From contig JAJBTC010000022.1 of the NCBI GenBank assembly GCA_020861095.1, forward strand, positions 68,854-132,853: a DNA stretch of 64,000 nucleotides. Reading direction: 5' to 3'. Source of the stretch: Bacteroides sp. (GTDB lineage Bacteria > Bacteroidota > Bacteroidia > Bacteroidales > Bacteroidaceae). This document shows, piece after piece, positions 1 to 8,826 of the stretch. A program made the position numbers and the translations under genes. Under the pieces are notes generated by a model. It had not been told where the DNA came from. It made no database searches and saw nothing but the letters and a program-made list of their open reading frames with translations. Positions within the stretch are counted from its first letter, which is position 1. Each line of letters opens with the position of its first letter.

Positions 1-75
1 CCTCTTTTCCTGTTTTGATATGGAGATACAAATATGAAGACGCAACTATGGAGACGCAAGTATGGAGACGCAAAA
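1..75. repeat. Degenerate tandem copies of the H half-site (atggagacgcaa-like, about 4 units), ending in the left half of an H palindrome that the IS interrupts
   Basis: Reads gatatggagatacaaatatgaagacgcaactatggagacgcaagtatggagacgcaaaa. The matching right half, ttgcgtctctaca, lies at 1511-1523 just beyond the IS. Confidence 0.6.
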
Positions 76-119
76 TTGAAGTGCACCCGAAAAGTTAGAC
101 ATAATTTGATTAGATTTTT

Positions 120-638
120 ATGTCAAGAGCCAGAATTCAATTTAGTATGAGTGATCGTAAAAATGCTGTTCTTTTAGTGGTTAATGATGGTTACTCTTAC
201 CGTCATGTAAGTAATCTTTTAGGTATAAGCGAGGTTATGGTTCGTCGTTGGACGGGTTGTTACCGTATTCATGGTACTTCTGGTCTCTCTTATAAGAGTG
301 CCCGGCACTGTAGTATCAGTTATAAGTGTACTGTCGTTGAGGATATATTAAATAATCATTTATCTTTGCATCAGGCCTCTTTCAAATATCTTCTTTCCCC
401 TTCTTCCATAAGGAATTGGCTTAAGAGCTATGAGAAGTTTGGCAAAGAATCTTTTAGTAAAAAACGTATCCGTGGTATGAAAAAAAGTAAATCCTGCTGC
501 CCTGAGCCTTTACCGGAGAGATCCTATCAGGGGCTTTTAAAAGAGAACCTTCGTCTTCGTGCTGAGAATGATTACTTAAAAAAATTGGCAGCCTTAATCC
601 GGCAGGAAGAGAAAAAGAGAACTGGAAAGTCCAGGTGA
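120..638 (+). CDS. IS3-family transposase OrfA (HTH DNA-binding part)
   Basis: 172-aa ORF. It has an HTH-like N-terminus and a C-terminal leucine-zipper-like segment (LRLRAENDYLKKLAALI) typical of IS3 OrfA. It overlaps orfB. Confidence 0.9.
   Translation: MSRARIQFSMSDRKNAVLLVVNDGYSYRHVSNLLGISEVMVRRWTGCYRIHGTSGLSYKSARHCSISYKCTVVEDILNNHLSLHQASFKYLLSPSSIRNWLKSYEKFGKESFSKKRIRGMKKSKSCCPEPLPERSYQGLLKENLRLRAENDYLKKLAALIRQEEKKRTGKSR
578..584 (+). other. Candidate programmed -1 ribosomal frameshift site (A7 slippery run) producing the OrfAB transposase
   Basis: tta aaa aaa ttg lies in the orfA frame. The -1 frame is open from here into orfB (..KIGSLNPAGREKENWKVQVIEGLRH..). A6G/A7 motifs are the standard IS3 frameshift signal. 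Confidence 0.6.
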
Positions 639-1480
639 TCGAAGGATTAAGGCATACCTATTCTCTCTCTCTTCTTTTAGATGTGAGTGGTATAGCCCGA
701 AGTACTTTCTATTATTATCGCCAAAAGATGGGTAGTAGTGATAAATATAAGCAGGAAAGAAAATTGGTCCATCGTATTTTCCATGCCCATAAGGGCCGGT
801 ATGGTTATCGTAGGATTACACTTTGCTTAAGAGAGCAGGGTTATTTGCTTAACCATAAAACGGTTTTACGCCTGATGAATCAAGAAGGGTTAAAGTCCAC
901 TGTAAGACCTAAAAAATATCGTTTTTATAAAACACAAGTCCATACAGACATTGGTAATCTTCTGCACAGGGATTTTACGGCTAAGCAAGCAAATCAGAAA
1001 TGGACAACGGATGTAACGGAGTTTGCTCTAAAGGGAAATAAACTTTTTCTCTCTCCCATAATGGACCTGTATAACGGAGAAATCATCAGTTATACTATCG
1101 GAAGACAAATGAATTTATCTCTGATTATAGAAATGATGGAAAAGGCTTTTAAGAAGATACCTCCACACACTGGATTAATCCTGCATTCTGACCAGGGACA
1201 TTTATATAAGCATCCATATTATGTGGATAGGATAAAGAAAAAGGGGATCATACAGAGTATGTCAGCAAAAGGAAACCCCTATGATAATGCTCCCATAGAG
1301 AGTTTCTTTGCATTGCTCAAAACTGAACTGTTTTATTTGCAGAAGTTTAGTTCAATAAAGCAACTCGAAGATAAAATACATAATTATATAAAGTATTATA
1401 ACCAGAAAAGAATTAAAGTAAAATTAAATGGATTGAGTCCGGTAAAATACCGAACTCAAAATAATAATAGAGTAGAATAA
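635..1480 (+). CDS. IS3-family transposase OrfB (DDE/RNase-H-fold integrase core)
   Basis: 281-aa ORF in the -1 frame relative to orfA. Motifs WTTDVTEF, HSDQGHLY and NPYDNAPIESFFALLKTE match the rve catalytic core. Confidence 0.9.
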   Translation: MIEGLRHTYSLSLLLDVSGIARSTFYYYRQKMGSSDKYKQERKLVHRIFHAHKGRYGYRRITLCLREQGYLLNHKTVLRLMNQEGLKSTVRPKKYRFYKTQVHTDIGNLLHRDFTAKQANQKWTTDVTEFALKGNKLFLSPIMDLYNGEIISYTIGRQMNLSLIIEMMEKAFKKIPPHTGLILHSDQGHLYKHPYYVDRIKKKGIIQSMSAKGNPYDNAPIESFFALLKTELFYLQKFSSIKQLEDKIHNYIKYYNQKRIKVKLNGLSPVKYRTQNNNRVE

Positions 1481-1870
1481 ACGTCCAACTTTTGGGGGGC
1501 ACATCAATTTTTGCGTCTCTACATGGTCCGTTATTAACTGTATCGACCACTGGTTATCACACAAAAAACAGAAAATCTGGCTACAAACAGGCCTACATGA
1601 AAGAAACAAGCAGAATCCTGACAGTTACTCAGAAAGATCAAAAAATTATCCTGGTGGGAAAAATATGTATCTCTTCGGACAATCCGTGTTTATAAATTTG
1701 TAATTTTGCCGGAGCACCGCCCTGTGGAGCCGTTGTTCTACAAAAGATAGATTATTATTTAAATACATCCGGAAATTGTTTCTTCTTTACATCCGACATC
1801 GGTCCAGAAGCTATCTGCGCATATTAGCGGCACTCGGGATACTGCGATTGATCTTTCTGATAGGTCTGCT

Positions 1871-2727
1871 ATGCGAAGGATTTTTTTGCTATACAGGCAT
1901 CCTTCTTCTTTTGTATTGCCTTTGGTATATAGTCTGATGCTCTTTCCCTACCATTCTTACCGCACCGACAGGGAATTCCTGCCAACCTACCTGAAACATA
2001 CAGAAAGGATCCTCACCTCAGAATATCTACTGTATTCCTGTCCTTTTGTGCTGCTCACCCTATTCAGGGAAGATTGGATCGTGAGTCTCTTCTACATCGG
2101 ATATGCTATTTTACTGCCTTATGTTCCCGCTCTGCGTTTCAGATACATTCGCCTTCCACTCTCTTTCCTCTCACCCGGTAGCTATGAATACGCGCGGGGA
2201 ATGCGGCGGTACATCCTTCTGTATGTTTTCCTGTTCCTGATTTCCTGCATAGGAGGATTGTATCATCACAACCTGCAGATCCTCCGGTTTTGCATCCTTT
2301 TCTGGGGGATATGTATGTGGGATTTTTCCTGCTTCCGTTGCATGCGGACGACTGGCTCTCTTACCGGACATTCAGCCAGCTATGGATCCACAAGTTCACA
2401 GGTATCCTGGTCAATACCACCGCTTTGTATGTTCCTTACCTGATCCTGATGTTAGTAGCAGGGGAAGGGCTCAGTGATCTTCCGGCTGCCCGGGGAGCAG
2501 CTGTCCTGTTACTTACAGGTAGTTGTATGCTGCATTATGGCTGTCCGCAGAACCAGTTCCTGCAATTTGTTGTGGGTGCAGTGTTTTTATTACCCTTCTA
2601 TCTGCTGACATTCTTTTCTCTATATAGCCTGGTGGTCCTCGCTATTCTTTGCCTGGGAATAATTGGGTATAGCTGTTACGTTTTCCGGAAAAACTCCCGG
2701 TATGTTAGAAATAAAAGACCTCTGTAA
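1871..2727 (+). pseudogene. Polytopic membrane protein split into two overlapping ORFs (1871-2443 and 2290-2727); probable frameshift
   Basis: Both ORFs are hydrophobic and TM-rich. The tail of ORF1 (CFRCMRTTGSLTGHSASYGSTSS) looks non-native. Candidate indel sites are the G5 run at 2303-2307 and the T5 run at about 2322-2326. The 3' end overlaps the downstream ABC ATPase start. Confidence 0.4.
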
Positions 2728-3394
2728 GAAGTACGACAAGCTGCCGGTATTGCGCGGCATTACCCTGAACTATCTACCGGGAAAGATCCATGGATTGGTA
2801 GGAGAGAACGGTGCCGGAAAAACCACTCTTTTCCGGTGTATCTTGTCTCTGGAAACATACGGGGGAACTATTTGTCACACCGAAGATATCCGCGTCGGCT
2901 ACCTGTCGGTTGCTCCTTTCTTCTATCCCCTTATCACCGGTATGGAATACATTGAGTTTTGTTTAAAAGCACGAAGGCTCTCTCCGGACAAAGCCGCCCT
3001 TGCTTCGCTGAACGGACTGTTCCACCTACCTCTGGAACGATACGTGGATGAGTATTCTTCCGGTATGAAGAAAAAGTTGGTCTTACTGACGCTTTTGCTA
3101 CAGGACAACGATATGTACCTGCTCGACGAACCTTTCAACGGGATGGATCTTTCGGGCTTTATCCATCTCAAACAGATCATCGGGCAACTGCGGGAAAAGG
3201 GAAAAACGGTGATCTTTTCTTCGCATCTGCTCCCTTCTCTGACAGAGATCTGCGACTGTATCCATTACCTGCACACGAGGGACGTATCATCCGGAAGTAT
3301 GAAGGGGTGTCGGTACAGACGATTGAAGAAGATATTCTCGCGCATCTCTCCGCGGGCACACCCCGACTGTAAGTCCGAACTCTCTTACTCTTAG
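2702..3394 (+). CDS. ABC transporter ATP-binding protein with a likely C-terminal frameshift near 3275
   Basis: Walker A GENGAGKTT, signature YSSGMKKKL, Walker B MYLLDEP. After IHYLH the annotated frame reads junk-like TRDVSSGSMKGCRYRR. The adjacent frame reads EGRIIRKYEGVSVQTIEEDILAHLSAGTPRL and stops at 3370-3372. The start was chosen at MLEIKDL (2702); the ORF is open from 2663. Confidence 0.8.
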   Translation: MLEIKDLCKKYDKLPVLRGITLNYLPGKIHGLVGENGAGKTTLFRCILSLETYGGTICHTEDIRVGYLSVAPFFYPLITGMEYIEFCLKARRLSPDKAALASLNGLFHLPLERYVDEYSSGMKKKLVLLTLLLQDNDMYLLDEPFNGMDLSGFIHLKQIIGQLREKGKTVIFSSHLLPSLTEICDCIHYLHTRDVSSGSMKGCRYRRLKKIFSRISPRAHPDCKSELSYS

Positions 3395-3444
3395 CTTATC
3401 TCTTATTCTGATCCGACCTGCCTGTCCGGGTGTAGCACACAAAG

Positions 3445-3492
3445 AGACCACCGCCCTTCCTGCTCCCAAAGAGCAGTACCGGACGGTGGTCT
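3445..3492. terminator. Hairpin between the convergent ABC ATPase and metK genes
   Basis: Outer 9-bp stem agaccaccg/cggtggtct with an inner stem ctgctc/gagcag. There is no clear U-tract on either strand. Confidence 0.35.
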
Positions 3493-3519
3493 ATAAATAA
3501 TAGCGTAAAGCTATGCTGA

Positions 3520-4812
3520 TTACAATCCGAAAGCCTTCTTCAGTGTGTCCACATAATCCAGCTTTTCCCAGGTAAAGAGTTCCACATCCATCACCCTGGC
3601 CGGCTGATAGCGGGACTTAAACTGCTTAGTCACCACCTGAGGCTCGCGCCCCATGTGTCCATACGCAGCTGTTTCGCTGTAGATCGGGAAGCGGAGTTTC
3701 AACCGCTCTTCAATCGCTCTGGGACGCAGGTCGAATATCTCTGCCAGCTTGCAGGCAATCTCTCCATCGGAGATCTGCACGTGGCTGCGACCGTGGGTAT
3801 TTACATAGATACTCACCGGCTGTGCCACGCCAATGGCATACGAAAGCTGCACCAGTACCTCGTCGGCCACTCCGGCGGCCACTAAGTTCTTAGCGATGTG
3901 CCGTGCCGCGTAGGCCGCGCTACGGTCTACTTTGCTGGGGTCTTTTCCGGAGAAGGCTCCCCCTCCGTGTGCCCCTTTACCACCGTAGGTATCTACAATG
4001 ATCTTACGTCCGGTGAGTCCGGTATCTCCATGCGGACCGCCGATCACGAACTTACCGGTAGGGTTGACGTGGTAGATAATATCTTCGTTGAACAGTGCCA
4101 GTACTTCGGGCCGGCTGATCGAAGCGATCACACGCGGCATCAGCTTTTCGATCACATCCTGGCGGATCACAGCTACCATCTCCGCATCGGCCTGCGCCTG
4201 TGCTTCCGGGGTCTGATCGGCAGGTGGGATGAAGTCGTCGTGCTGGGTAGATACCACAATGGTATCGATACGTACCGGCTTGCCGTTATCGTCGTACTCA
4301 ATCGTTACCTGGCTCTTGGAATCGGGACGGAGGTAAGTCATGATCTTACCGTCGCGACGGATATCTGCCAGTACGGCAAGGATCTTGTGCGACAAATCGA
4401 GAGACAGTGGCATGTAGTTCTCTGTCTCGTTGGTAGCGTAGCCAAACATCATTCCCTGGTCGCCCGCGCCCTGATCCATCGGATCTTCGCGCTCTACGCC
4501 GCGGTTGATGTCGGCACTCTGCTCGTGAATGGCAGAGAATACGCCGCAGGAGTTTCCTTCGAACATATACTCTCCTTTGGTGTAACCAATGCGGTTGATG
4601 ACTGTACGCGCTACCTCCTGAAGGTCTACATACGCTTCTGATTTCACTTCTCCAGCCAGTACTACCTGTCCGGTAGTTACCAGGGTTTCGCAGGCTACTT
4701 TGGAATTGGGATCAAATGCCAGCAATTCGTCAAGTACAGCGTCCGATATCTGATCGGCCACTTTGTCGGGGTGCCCTTCGGACACCGATTCGGATGTGAA
4801 TAAATATCCCAT
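3520..4812 (-). CDS. metK: S-adenosylmethionine synthetase
   Basis: 430 aa. Motifs [24 protein letters not shown] and [19 protein letters not shown]. Confidence 0.97.
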   Translation of the reverse strand: MGYLFTSESVSEGHPDKVADQISDAVLDELLAFDPNSKVACETLVTTGQVVLAGEVKSEAYVDLQEVARTVINRIGYTKGEYMFEGNSCGVFSAIHEQSADINRGVEREDPMDQGAGDQGMMFGYATNETENYMPLSLDLSHKILAVLADIRRDGKIMTYLRPDSKSQVTIEYDDNGKPVRIDTIVVSTQHDDFIPPADQTPEAQAQADAEMVAVIRQDVIEKLMPRVIASISRPEVLALFNEDIIYHVNPTGKFVIGGPHGDTGLTGRKIIVDTYGGKGAHGGGAFSGKDPSKVDRSAAYAARHIAKNLVAAGVADEVLVQLSYAIGVAQPVSIYVNTHGRSHVQISDGEIACKLAEIFDLRPRAIEERLKLRFPIYSETAAYGHMGREPQVVTKQFKSRYQPARVMDVELFTWEKLDYVDTLKKAFGL

Positions 4813-4991
4813 TTTAAATCAGGATTGAAATGAATAATAAAGTTGTTTGTGTCTGTGGAAAAGCACGCAGAGTAGAGTTGCAAGCGGATAGAATGTCTTT
4901 TAGCATTTTTTTTCGTGGTTGCAAGCTACTCAAATCTTTCCACATCATCCGGCTGTCTTTAGGTCAGGACGGCCTATCGGTTGCAAAGGTA
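4813..4991 (-). promoter_or_regulatory. metK promoter (-7 box TAccTTTG, complement of 4984-4991) and a structured leader of about 170 nt; possible SAM-responsive element
   Basis: The minus strand reads tacctttgcaacc.... There are three copies of the self-complementary hexamer TTGCAA. A 12-bp interrupted stem GAGTAG-C-TTGCAA / TTGCAA-CT-CTACTC encloses an A8 tract. Confidence 0.35.
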
Positions 4992-5664
4992 GATATTATT
5001 TATAGAATATCTGTCATGTCTATGTGTTAATAACATCAAACAACGCTAAAAACCCGTCCGGCATCGCCCAAAGGAGACCTTTGCCTTCCGGAGACAAAAA
5101 GAAAACAGGATGTCGGAATGAATAAAAATTTCTTATTGTTTGTATACTTTGCTTATTCAGAAGATACGCATCCCGATCGTTTATCTATTCCTGTATGGAT
5201 CTGAGTAGTTGTTGGGATATACCTCCTTTCTTACCAAAGTAATTAGACCGGATCACCTCTGCACTAAATGTATGGTAGAAAAATACCACAAATGGTGTAT
5301 TTCCCGGATCTGATACACCCTCTATCTTTGCAACATCATTCCTAACAGAGATACAATGAAACTTCCAGCTAAACACATCCGGTACACTATTCTTCCAGAC
5401 TATTCCGGAACTGAGATCGCTTTTTTCTCACTTCCGATCCAGGATCTTTCTTTGGACAGCACACGAATGTGCTGCTGCTGATATCTCTTTCTGCCTTTTC
5501 TTTCCGCCATACTTCATTCCATCGTTTTTACTTTTCCTGGCGGGAAAGGTGTATATGTATCTGTCATAAGGCTATCAGTCGTATTTATTCACAGTTGAAC
5601 ATACAAAAAGAATTCTTCCCGGCCCAGAATGTGAGGAAGGCTTCTTCCATGAAAATTAAATTCT

Positions 5665-8600
5665 ATGAGACTATCATTCCGCACTTTTATCAGCAGCATT
5701 GTTGCTGTTTCGTTATCTAAGCCTGTGTATATAGGAGTAGGGCTACTCCTGACCTCCCTCTGTGTATCGGCACAAACCCGGCTGACGGGTCGCGTTTTCG
5801 ATCAGACCTCCCGGGAGGCTATTATCGGCGCTACAGTATTGGAAAGCAGTAGCGGCAGCGGCACCGTTACAGATCCGGAAGGCCAGTTCTCTCTGCAGAT
5901 CCACTCTTTCCCGGCTACACTCACCGTCAGCTATCTGGGCTACAGGTCACAGGAGGTGATCGTCCGGACACCTGAGGAAGCATTTATCGGCCTGGAAGAG
6001 GAGATCAACAGCATCCATGAAGTGGTTGTGGTGGGCTATGGCACCCAACGGAGAAAGGAACTCACCGGGTCCGTATCTTCCATTCCCAAAGCTACCTTGG
6101 AACAGCCGGCCACCTCCATCAATGAACTGTTGGGAGGAAGTGTGGCCGGACTGAATGTAACACAGACTTCCGGACAGCCTGGCGCAGGCTCTGCTATCCG
6201 CATCCGTGGCGGCAATTCGATCTATGCCAGCAACGAACCTTTGTATGTAATCGATGGCTTTATCTATTTCAGTGAGAAAAATGCTACACAGGCAGGCGTA
6301 GGGGGGATAGACAGTAGTCTTGACCCATTGGCGGCAATCAATCCCGCAGACATCGAATCCATAGAGGTGTTGAAAGATGTATCGGCCAAGGCCATCTACG
6401 GCTCACGCGGAGCCAACGGAGTGATCCTTGTTACCACCAAAAAGGGGCAACGAGGCGGCAATACAGTACGTTATCAATATACCATAGGAGTAGACCGATC
6501 GGCCAAGAAACTCAACCTGATGACTGCCAGAGAGTGGCTGGCGGTGCAGAAGGAGTACTTCAATGACAAACCCGGTCAATACTACTCCCAGACAGAACTT
6601 GCCGCATTTGACAAGGGAACGGATTGACAAAACGCGGTATTGCAGACCGGCATCTCACAAACCCATGAATTGTCTGTCAGCGGAGGAGATGACAAAACAC
6701 GCTATATGATCTCCGGAAATTATACGGACCAGAAAGGGATTATCCTGAATTCGGGATTCAAACGCTTCAGCGGACGATTGAACATAGACCGGGAACTCCA
6801 CAGCAACCTGAAAGCGGGAGTTACCGCCAACATAAACCGCAGTACGCAGGACGCGCTGACCACCTTCGAGGGGAGCAATTACAACGATTCTCCTTATTCA
6901 CATGGTATTGCCGATTCGCTGACCTACGCGTTGTATATGCCGCCTGTACTCTCTATCTACAACGCGGATGGTGGCTACAACTATACCAATCCTTTCGAAT
7001 ACAGCTACCTGAGCTATTATGGCCAGGCAGCGAACCCGGTATCGGATCTGAAAAATAGCATCGGGCAGACGGTGAGTACTTCGTTGCTGGGCAACTTCTA
7101 TGCCGAATATATCATTGCCGAGGGATTGAAGGCCCGGATCAATGCCGGTGCGCATATAGATTACATTACTCAGAACTATTTCGCTCCCCCTTACACAGCT
7201 CTGGGACTCAATCAGGATATCCGTGGGATGGGAGCCATCGGCAACAGACGTACAGATGTGACTCAGACGGAATACCTGCTTACGTATGCCCGACAGTTGC
7301 ACCCGATCCATTTCATCGATCTGCTGGCAGGATATACCTATCAGCGTACGAAAACAAATTTCTCTGTCAGCAAAGCCAATCATCTGGAGTCGTTCGATAA
7401 CTTGGCTACAGGGAATGAACTTCCTTCCATATCGCGCAAACAGGAGGCTTCTTTCCGCTCGTTCTTAGGAAGGGCCAACTATACGCTACTGGAACGATAC
7501 AACCTGACAGCCACTTTCCGTGCCGACAAATCTTCCCGCTTTGCCAAAGGACACGAATGGGGATATTTCCCTTCTGTGGGGTTGTCGTGGAACGTGGACA
7601 ACGAATCTTTTCTGCAACCGCTATCGCCTGCGCTGAGTACCCTGAAATTCCGGCTGACCTACGGAAAGGCGGGCAATCAGGAAATAGATTTTGATGAGTA
7701 CGAACAGTATTTCAACACCGGCAGATACAACGGTGCTCCGGCCTACGACATGTCTACCCTGGGCAATTCGGATCTGAAATGGGAAACCACCACCGAATAC
7801 AATGCCGGGATCGACGCGGGTTTCCTGAACGACCGGCTGACACTCACAGCGGATATCTATTACAAGGAGACTAAAGATCTGCTGCTGCGGGTACCGGCGC
7901 CGCTGGGCTCGGGAACCAACGAAAAACAGATCACTAACATCGGAAGCGTAACCAATAAGGGATTCGAGTTTGCGGTGAATGCCCGGCTGATAGAAGGCAG
8001 GGAATTCCTGTGGACGGCTTCGGCCAACATGGCCCGTAACCTCAACCGCATCAAAGACCTGGGTGAGTACAATGAACTCACCATTGGCAACGATCAGGAG
8101 CAGATACTGCGCGTGGGCGAAGCGGTAGGTTCTTTCTATGGGTACCGTTTTCTGGGAGTGGTACAAAGCGATGAGGATGTATCGCAACTGCCGACCATCG
8201 GAAACCGTACCCCGCAACCGGGAGATGCCAAATTAGCGGATGTGAGCGGCGCGGAGGGAATTCCCGACGGGAAAATATCACCGGAATACGATCGGGTGGT
8301 CCTGGGAAGTATACAACCCGATTTCACCTACGGATTCTCTTCTACACTGACCTATAAGAACCTGGATTTTTACATCCTTTTTCAGGGTTCGAAAGGCAAT
8401 GAGGTATACAATCTGTTGCGACGCTATCTGGAACGGCCGAATGATTCTTATAATATGTCGGCCGTACTGCTCGACAGCTGGACGGAGAGCCATCCGTCCA
8501 ACACCATCCCGCACCTCAACAGCACACGTCCTACCGAACTGGACAGCCGTTATGTAGAAGACGCTTCGTTCCTGAAGCTGCGCAACATTACGCTGGGATA

Positions 8601-8778
8601 TACTATTCCGGTGAAGGTGAATACTGCTTCGGTAAAGCTACGGTTCTTTGCTTCGGCCCGCAACCTGTTTACACTTACGAAATACAAAGGATACGATCCG
8701 GAGGTAGCGGAAGGCATAGACCTGGGCATATATCCTTCTTCAAAAAGTTTCCTGGCAGGGGCCAGCCTTACTTTTTAA
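5665..8778 (+). pseudogene. susC: SusC-family TonB-dependent outer-membrane transporter interrupted by an in-frame TGA at 6625-6627
   Basis: ORFs 5665-6627 and 6640-8778 are in the same frame. The N-terminus has a carboxypeptidase-regulatory-like domain and a plug (VVVVGYGTQRRKELTGSV). The stop falls in GTD[TGA]QNAVLQTGISQTHELSVSGG, where SusC proteins carry a conserved TDWQ. The C-terminal beta-barrel ends in ..LTF. Confidence 0.9.
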
Positions 8779-8826
8779 TTTACAAATAGAATGATAATTT
8801 ATGTATAACTTTAAACATTCAAGAAG

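Larger units (their letters stand above)
76..1507 (+). mobile_element. IS3-family insertion sequence (about 1.43 kb) with imperfect terminal inverted repeats
   Basis: Left IR ttgaagtgcacccgaaaagttagac (76-100) matches the reverse complement of gtccaacttttggggggcacatcaa (1483-1507) at 21 of 25 positions. The ends are of the TG...CA type. It encloses orfA and orfB in a -1 frame relationship. Confidence 0.9.

Noticed and set aside
635-638. The overlapping, frame-shifted orfA/orfB of the IS, as another pseudogene lesion.
   Set aside because: A -1 frame relationship with an A7 slippery run is the normal IS3-family arrangement for producing OrfAB by programmed frameshifting.
5185-5376. A 63-aa minus-strand ORF (open upstream to about 5427) in the 850-bp gap between metK and susC, possibly a gene fragment. 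An adjacent short frame begins MAERKGRKRYQQQ.
   Set aside because: It has no recognisable motif, a non-ATG start and no promoter box. It could be a relic of a decayed gene, but I cannot support calling it a feature.
6625-6627. TGA read as Trp (genetic code 4) or as selenocysteine, rather than as a nonsense mutation.
   Set aside because: TGA terminates many well-supported genes here, including IS3 orfA, GH2, the methyltransferase, miaB and the second lyase. Long ORFs are found with the standard code. The position is a conserved Trp, not Cys/Sec, and I see no SECIS-like context.
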